Made by a program: the position numbers and the translations under genes. From NCBI GenBank assembly GCA_951406725.2, contig OX597822.1, forward strand, positions 496,001-560,000: a DNA stretch of 64,000 bases. The letters are read 5' to 3'. The notes under the pieces are model-generated. The model was not told where the DNA came from. It made no database searches and saw only the letters and a list, made by a program, of their open reading frames with translations. How positions within the stretch are numbered: the first letter of the stretch is position 1; every line of letters starts with the position of its first letter. Shown here piece after piece: positions 56,177 to 64,000 of this stretch. Source of the DNA: Octopus vulgaris (taxonomy: Eukaryota).

Positions 56177-57778
56177 TATATATTTGTAAAAAATGAAGTT
56201 CGAAAATGCTGCTGTATTATACAATTTTTAATTTTTATATATACATTATAACATGTTTCAGTTCCTGAAATGAACCTTATCAAAAAAAGTTATATATAAA
56301 AAGAGACAGCTCATGCCGTCAAACACAAGAAATTCATTTATAATACACAACGGAGTCAGACATCTTAGAGTTCATGTATAGTTGATATATAGTTCATGTA
56401 TAGTTGATATATAGTTTGAAGTATATGTTCAAAGTGTTCGATGCAGTGGCCCACGGTGGCGATACGTATTCAATACAAAAAACAGATCAAAGTGGTGGAA
56501 AGCGGTCAATACAGAAGATTGATGTTTCCGAAAGAGCGAGGAATTCATTTTTACCTTAAGCAATTGTGATGACCCATGGTGGAAGTTCGCTGGGTGGTTC
56601 TAGTGAGTTTTTGTGAAATGCTCGGTTTTATAATGCCCTATTAGGTGGTCAATCTAGCGTAGCGTGATGTCATCAATGTTTTGACCAATCGTTTCGTTAG
56701 GTGGCTTTAATCAAGTGGAACGGGACGTCATCATTATTTTGACCAATCGCTGCATTATAACTCCCCCTTGTTTGTTTCCTGTCTTGACCAGTCGCTTCGT
56801 TAGTCAAGCATAGCGGGACGTCATCCAGATTCTGCCCAATCACGACTTATAGCTACATTAGATCTGCCCCCTGTCTGTACTTGTTAGGTGACTATTCAAG
56901 CAGAAAAGGACGTCATCAATATTCTGACTAATGACTGCCCCCTGTTTGTATCCTGTCCATTCTAGCAGAGCTAGATACAGGATACAAACAGGGGACAGTC
57001 ATTAGTCAGAATATTGATGACGTCCTTTTCTGCTTGAATAGTCACCTAACAAGTACAGACAGGGGGCAGATCTAATGTAGCTATAAGTCGTGATTGGGCA
57101 GAATCTGGATGACGTCCCGCTATGCTTGACTAACGAAGCGACTGGTCAAGACAGGAAACAAACAAGAGGGAGTTATAATGCAGCTATTGGTCAAAATAAT
57201 GATGACGTCCCGTTCCACTTGATTAAAGCCACCTAACGAAACGATTGGTCAAAACATTGATGACATCACGCTACGCTAGATTGACCACCTAACAGGCATT
57301 ATAAAACCGAGCATTTCACAAAAACTCACTAGAACCACCCAGCGAACTTCCACCATGGGTCATCACAATTGCTTAAGGTAAAAATGAATTCCTCGCTCTT
57401 TCGGAAACATCAATCTTCTGTATTGACCGCTTTCCACCACTTTGATCTGTTTTTTGTATTGAATACGTATCGCCACCGTGGGCCACTGCATCGAACACTT
57501 TGAACATATACTTCAAACTATATATCAACTATACATGAACTATATATCAACTATACATGAACTCTAAGATGTCTGACTCCGTTGTGTATTATAAATGAAT
57601 TTCTTGTGTTTGACGGCATGAGCCGTCTCTTTTTATATATAACTTTTTTTTGATAAGGTTCATTTCAGGAACTGAAACATGTTATAATGTATATATAAAA
57701 ATTAAAAATTGTATAATACAGCAGCATTTTCGAACTTCATTTTTTACAAATATATACCTACTCGTATACGAGCTAATC

Positions 57779-57781
<3 letters not shown>
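56177..57781. repeat. ~780-bp-arm near-perfect inverted repeat in (TA)n (Penelope-like inverted pseudo-LTRs)
   Basis: Arms ~56177-56956 and 56977-57756 with a 20-bp spacer and only a handful of mismatches. Each arm carries TTGATAA-GGTTC/GAACT-GAAAC-AT-GTT. Confidence 0.9.
57631..57700 (+). ncRNA. Minimal hammerhead-like motif, U3-A8 core (mirror copy on minus ~56232-56302)
   Basis: TTGATAA (57650-56), helix II GGTTC/GAACT, GAAAC-AT-GTT. Helix I is imperfect (distal TTTTATATATA/TATATATAAAA). Confidence 0.5.
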
Positions 57782-57849
<68 letters not shown>

Positions 57850-58559
57850 ATGTATATGCATAGATGAGTGTTTCCCTTGTTAACAATTAACACAGAAAAA
57901 AAAATTTATTTATATGTATACACATATATACATATATTTATATATATACATATTTATACATATAGATACACATATATATATACGTCAATTAATCAATATA
58001 GGGTAGCAAAAAATTCAATAGAAATTATTTCGCCACCAGCGGTCTAGTGAGAAAGAGAAAATAGTCAGAGACTATATATAAAAATTAAACAACAATTGAG
58101 GAACGGCCTCAATAGGCTTGAGTCCTGGCTGCTCTTTCTAGTGGGTCGAATGGCCTATTGAGGCCGTTCCTCAATTGTTGTTGAATTTATACATATATAT
58201 ATACGTATATATACACACACACACACAAACACACACACGTACACACACATGCACACACACGCACGAACACACACACACATATATATGTATTAAGTAAAAG
58301 ACACATTAAAGTGTCTACTCATTAGAAATAAGATTATCAAACCAGAATTCGGTCCACATATACACCTGTTCCATTAAATATATAGCTTTATTCTATAGAG
58401 ATATGTGAGAGACTTTTCGGTTCGCTTGCCCGTATACTGTTGACTGTTATTTTCAGTGTAAACATTTTTGTTGGTCCAAATGAGGGGTTTAATTTCTAGT
58501 GGGTAGACTTATTTGTACTTGTACTTGTGACGACATTCACCCTGGGCGGGTTGAGTCGG

Positions 58560-58870
58560 CTTCTTCTACCACCCTCAAGGCATCTCGAACCATTGCAGTG
58601 GAAGAAGTTTCGTAGGAATATGAATTTCACAAGCGGTCCCTAACAATCCCGCATGTAGAGACATCCTGTTTGCCGCAGATTGTCCGCAAACGATTGTCCG
58701 CAGGGGTAGAACGACCGAGGAGCCGCAGGTTGCCGAAACAGACACTCCGAGGATTTTCCCGGTGTCAGACCAATCCGCCTTGGGTGGCCCTACCAGGAAC
58801 CGAAGTTCCCGACGGCATAGCTCTGATACTACCCGTTGCCAGCGTCCCCACCACGGTGAGGAGGGGATGG
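58560..58870 (-). mobile_element. 5' region of an RTE-clade LINE
   Basis: Minus strand CCGTGGTGGGG..GAGCTATGCCGTC..GGTAGGGCCACCCAAGGCGGA..GGTC resembles the conserved 5' UTR motif of BovB/Expander RTE elements (recalled, not searched). Confidence 0.55.
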
Positions 58871-59211
58871 ACATTAGGGACACAAGTGGGTAGACACTCT
58901 AATGTGTCCTTTGATTAATGTAATTTTAATTCTATAGCTATAGAATGCTGATTTAGGCATGCAAGCACTTATATTAATATTGTTGCTGTTATAGACTATT
59001 TGCATTGCCTTCGATAATAATATCAATATTAATATCTATACAAACATTCGGTCCTGAATATATTTGCTGCTGATTAGTACTTTTGACACTGAAGCTGTCC
59101 ACGATTTGGCACTAAGCAATTAATTCAACGTGGCTGATTGGGAAGTTGTTTCAAAAGGTTATGATGTGCTGAAGAAGGTAAGATCTTTGTATCAAACCAG
59201 TAACCGGTCCA

Positions 59212-59254
<43 letters not shown>

Positions 59255-59432
59255 GTTCGGCAAAATTTAGATGCAAATGAATATGGTGCTTAAGTCAGAC
59301 GCACCAGAATTTTGTATGGTGTTATCCATATAAATCCATGGGATGATTATAATCAAAATAAGCAACAAGAATATCTTCGGTAATTTGGTATTCTTGTTGC
59401 TTATTTTGATTATATATATATATATTAATATA

Positions 59433-59462
59433 CTAGCTGATGTGCCCGGTAATTCCCGGGAA
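59433..59462 (-). mobile_element. Helitron-type 3' terminus
   Basis: A|CTAG then CCCGG-TAATTC-CCGGG hairpin. Confidence 0.55.
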
Positions 59463-59969
59463 AGCGGGGCTTATCCCTTGGTTCTGTTCTCATAATCGTT
59501 TCGCCAATCAAATAACGGCAACACAAAGTATGTAGTCCTTAAAACGGTTTTTGTGTATTTACAGAGAATACCGAGTGTCTTACTCAGGATCTTGTTTTTA
59601 GGAATTCCCAAAATACCCAAATTTTGAGGTCAGTGATGTAATAACATGAAATTAGTTAGCCGATAGTAAGAATTCAAATAAAGTAGCCCCGAAAAGGGCT
59701 TTAATGCGTTCCAAGAATATATAGAACATAGGACGAAATACTAATTAGGTATGTATGCTAAAATCGTGAAGCATGTTACGTAATAACAGGCTAATCAGAT
59801 ATGAGATAATAACAATTCAAAGTAAATAACTCTAAAAAAGGACTTTTGTGCATTCCCAGAGAATATTACCCTCAGGAGCGCTAGTGTTGGTATATTCGTG
59901 AATAATTCACTAACCGAAAGAAGTGGATCTATTGTTTAGGAAAATATTATTTACGATATATATATATAT

Positions 59970-60973
59970 AAATAATAGTTATCGCCATACTAATATGGCA
60001 TTCTTATAAAAATAAGAATAAAGCTATCCGCTTATTAGCTCCATGAGGCCATCGCCTTAAGTTAGCTATTTGATACACAAACTGTATCCACATAACCTTC
60101 GAACAAGGGAGGTCAGTCGCTCCACACTACTTGACCGGCAGCTACAGACGCGTTTCGGGGTATTGCCCCTTTTCAATGCAGCGTAGCCAGCCAGTAGGTG
60201 TCGCTTCCGACAATCTCTGTTCGATGGTTTTATTTACCTAGTTTCGGTGGAATACATCCACTTGTTTTCAATAATAGAAATATTAAAATTACTAAGTCTC
60301 TCTAAAAGAGAACAGCGGCAGCGTTCCCGGAAAATAATAGTTATCGCCATACTATAAAACCATCGAACAGAGATTGTCGGAAGCGACACCTACTGGCTGG
60401 CTACGCTGCATTGAAAAGGGGCAATACCCCGAAACGCGTCTGTAGCTGCCGGTCAAGTAGTGTGGAGCGACTGACCTCCCTTGTTCGAAGGTTATATGGA
60501 TACAGTTTGTGTATCAAATAGCTAACTTAAGGCGATGGCCTCATGGAGCTAATAAGCGGATAGCTTTATTTTTATTTTTATAAGAATGCCATATTAGTAT
60601 GGCGATAACTATTATTTTCCGGGAACGCTGCCGCTGTTCTCTTTTAGAGAGACTTAGTAATTTTAATATTTCTATTATTGAAAACAAGTGGATGTATTCC
60701 ACCGAAACTAAAACATCGAACAGAGTTGTCGGAAGCGACCTACGGCTCTACATTGAAAAGGCACCGAACCGTCTTTGCCGGTCAAGTATTGGAGCGACTG
60801 ACCCTTGTTCGAAGGTTATATGGATACAGTTTGTGTATCAAATACTAATAGGCGATGCTCATGGATAATAACGGATATATTCTTATTTTATAAGAATGCC
60901 ATATTATATGGCGATAATATATTTTCCGGGAACGCTGCCGCTGTTCTCTTTTAGAGAGACTTAGTAATTTTAA

Positions 60974-60982
<9 letters not shown>
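59970..60982. mobile_element. ~360-bp hammerhead-bearing unit in tandem and inverted copies, flanked by (TA)n (retrozyme/Penelope-like)
   Basis: Plus unit 60355-60710 and a degenerate tandem copy 60711-60982. Minus-strand permuted unit 59970-60354. Confidence 0.8.
60390..60460 (+). ncRNA. Type-I hammerhead ribozyme, U3-A8 core (identical copy on minus 60127-60197)
   Basis: CTACT-GGCTGGC-TAC-GCTGCA-TTGAAAA-GGGG caata CCCC-GAAAC-GC-GTC-TGTAGC-T-GCCGGTC-A-AGTAG. Confidence 0.8.
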
Positions 60983-61054
<72 letters not shown>

Positions 61055-61292
61055 ACATAGTATTATTAAAATTAATATTATGTACGAAAATTTATGTCAG
61101 CAAAACCTCAAGGTAATCCAAATTAGTGAAATACTAACTGAACATTTAAAAAAAAATTTAGCTGCTAAAAAACGCTAACAAAAAGAAACGTCAAACCAAA
61201 TTTAATTTTAAACATTCATTCATTTCTTCAGACAAGAGCGACGTCATTGAATAACTAATTTAATTTATGAAAATAACATATAAAAAAAAATA

Positions 61293-61368
<76 letters not shown>

Positions 61369-61373
<5 letters not shown>

Positions 61374-62641
61374 TTCGTTCCATACATAATGCGGATTTTT
61401 CAATTGCATGTACTAAAAGTCGGAGGGGGACAGGATAAACTTAATTTTACCTTGTGCTTATTCTTAGTGCAAGTTTTGAAGAGTGCAGTTCGATTTTAAC
61501 AGTTATTTTTTCAAAGCTATAATGGAAGTGACAAAGGAGCATGCATATTCGGCATATTTTGCTTTAGGAGTTCAATAAAAGCAACAAAACAACGGAAAGT
61601 GAGAGGAATATCAATGCAGTGTATGGGGATCGGACAAAAAGCGCAAGCTAGTGTCAACGCCGATTCCAAAAATACCGAGCCGGAAACTACAGCTGAGAAG
61701 ACGAACCTCGCCCTAGAAGATTTGTAGAACTCGACGAGGACGTCCTGCAAACCCTGGTGGGACAAAATCCCATCGTAACTGTTGAGATACTAGGATAGAA
61801 GCTTGCATTTGGTCATTCAACCGTTCATCAATCGACACCTGCATGCCATCGGAAAAGTCAGCAAATTTGGGTCAATGAGTTCCTCATAAACTTTCCGGGT
61901 CTAATCGCGCGCAGAGAGTGAATGTATGCTCATCTTTGCTGTCATGTCTCACGAATAAACCATTTTAGGACCGGATAGTGGTTGGTGACGAGAAATGGGT
62001 TCTCTATAAAAATGTCAATCGCTGATGTCAGTGTGTAGGAAAGGAGAAACACCGGCAGCCCAGGCTAAAGAAAGTCTTTGCCCACGTAAAGTGTTGTTAT
62101 TTGTCTGGTGGGATATGAAAGATTTAGTCCACTTTGAACTTTTAACCTAAACCAAACGATAACAAAGGGGATCTACTGCGAGCAGCTTGAGCGGCTTAAG
62201 TTAGCACCAGAATAAAAACGACCTTGTTTGGTTTCAAGACGAAAGTTGTTCTTACATCAGGTAAATGCTCGACCACATACAGCGAGGATGACATTCGAAA
62301 GGCTAGAGCAGTTTGAATGGGAAACGGTGCCCCACTCACCAAATTCGCCGGGCATTGCCCCATCTGATTATAATTTATTTCGCAGTCTTCAAAATTATTC
62401 GGACGCAACAATATGGATTCTGTAGACGAGGTCAGAACAATACTGGAAGAGTATTTTTCGCCAGGGATAAGTGAATTTTGGAAGAGGAGTTTTCCAAGTC
62501 TACCAGATAGATGGAAGAGCATTGTAGAAAATGAAGGGGAATATGTTTTAGATTAAAAGTAACCTTATCTTAATTTTGAAAAATAAAAGGCGTTATTTAT
62601 AGGGTGATCCATAGAAAATGGCATTATTTATGGGATGATCC
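61369..62641 (+). mobile_element. mariner (DD34D) transposon, full-length decayed
   Basis: Degenerate TIRs (GGTTCGTTCCATACATAATGC / GCATTATTTATGGGATGATCC). Peptides IVVGDEKWVLY, HQVNARPH and HSPNSPGIAPSDYNLF. Confidence 0.88.
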
Positions 62642-62657
62642 CCCCCTCTCTCTCTCC

Positions 62658-62736
<79 letters not shown>

Positions 62737-64000
62737 AAAAGAAAAGAAATGGAGCAATAAATAACAATGAGAAATTGATCATTGCTATTAAAATGTCTCC
62801 TAGTTTAATTGTAATTCAGAACCATTTACAGCTGTTTCTGTTTATCAAATCGAAGCAAATTTGCATTTATCTCGTTCTATTTAGCAAACATCGTCAGAAT
62901 GATTTAGAGGAATATAAAAAGGAGAAGAAGGGAAATGAAAGGAAAAGAAAAAGGCAGAAGAAAAAGGAAAAAGTTCGTTAAGTCTTTAGGTTTACATTTT
63001 AGTGACTTTTTGGGTTCCACGCGTGTGTACGTTTCTTCAATTAGATGAATGGAGCAGTAAGTGGGGAAAATGAATAGTTGACCGGCGGTGTTAGTCGGAG
63101 TTTCCTAGTGGAGATGTCCGGTGTTGTTAATTGTAATATATAACGCTGTTTTTGACCGCTGGGTTAGTCCCTATGATAACAAATAATGCCCTTTTTAAAA
63201 ACTAAGGATGCTTTTTAAAGTTAGTACGTTGATTTAAAATGTGGTCTAATATATTTGTACTCGCCTAGCAACAGGCGGAGAGCGGAATTTGTAAAGGCAG
63301 GATACATATTTTTTGGTCAAAATAGACGTCAACGATTTTTAAAACTTTCTTGAGCCATAATCGATAAGAAACATAGGCAAAGGGGTGTGGGGTGGAAGTA
63401 GAAAAAGATAAATGAAAGGAAAAGAAGAAAAAGAAAGGAATTTTGTTGCGTTGCCAGATCAAAGAGTTAAACCATTTAAAATGGAAAAAGTTGGTTATTT
63501 TGAGATAAGTATGAACGACTTTCATGAAGTGAAGCTAATGAATATATATGCATAAACTAATGAACATACAAACATCCACACACAGCTCACACATCCACAC
63601 ACAGCTCACACATCCACTCACAGCTCTCACATCCACACACAGCTCACACATCCACACACACATACGCACGCACACGCACAGATATACACAAAGACAAACG
63701 CATCTTACACATACAAACGCACGCACTCATGCCAGAATATGTACATATAAACACAAACACACTTGCACGTACACAAACAGACACATACACCCACATACAA
63801 ACGCACATATGCACACATACAAGCACACATATGCAAAGGGATATACACCCATGCACAAACAAACCTAAGTACACACTCATAGAAATGCACGCCCGCACAC
63901 ACAGACACAAAGGCACAAAAGTACATTCATACTCCCATACAACCACCGATGGCTGTTTGTCTTGAAACAACGTCACCGTTTTTCGACGAGTTTTTACCAA

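Noticed and set aside
60711-60982. Deletion-riddled tandem copy as evidence of an error-prone RT
   Set aside because: Many scattered 1-4 nt deletions with few substitutions look like unpolished long-read sequence. It cannot be interpreted without reads.

Overview
Repeat-dominated, AT-rich animal genomic DNA. The SINE families and microsatellite load suggest an octopus or other cephalopod (inference). No host gene could be confidently identified, and most ORFs in the track are microsatellite translations. Positions 1-11 kb hold a head-to-tail array of three diverged Tx1-clade (L1-group) non-LTR retrotransposons, each separated by (TATC)n. Their divergent 3' UTRs share a covarying pseudoknot with a predicted U.A-U/C.G-C triple helix (ENE/MALAT1-like), plus a terminal stem-loop that is also found on a tRNA-SINE at 34.9 kb. 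The rest of the window contains a decayed Helitron, Tc1/mariner relics, RTE and R4/Dong-like fragments and many SINEs. It also contains several unrelated non-coding elements, mostly embedded in (TA)n, with inverted or tandem termini and minimal type-I hammerhead ribozymes (Penelope-like/retrozyme-like). Three of these hammerheads use the compensatory U3-A8 core. All structures were read by eye and need computational and experimental confirmation.
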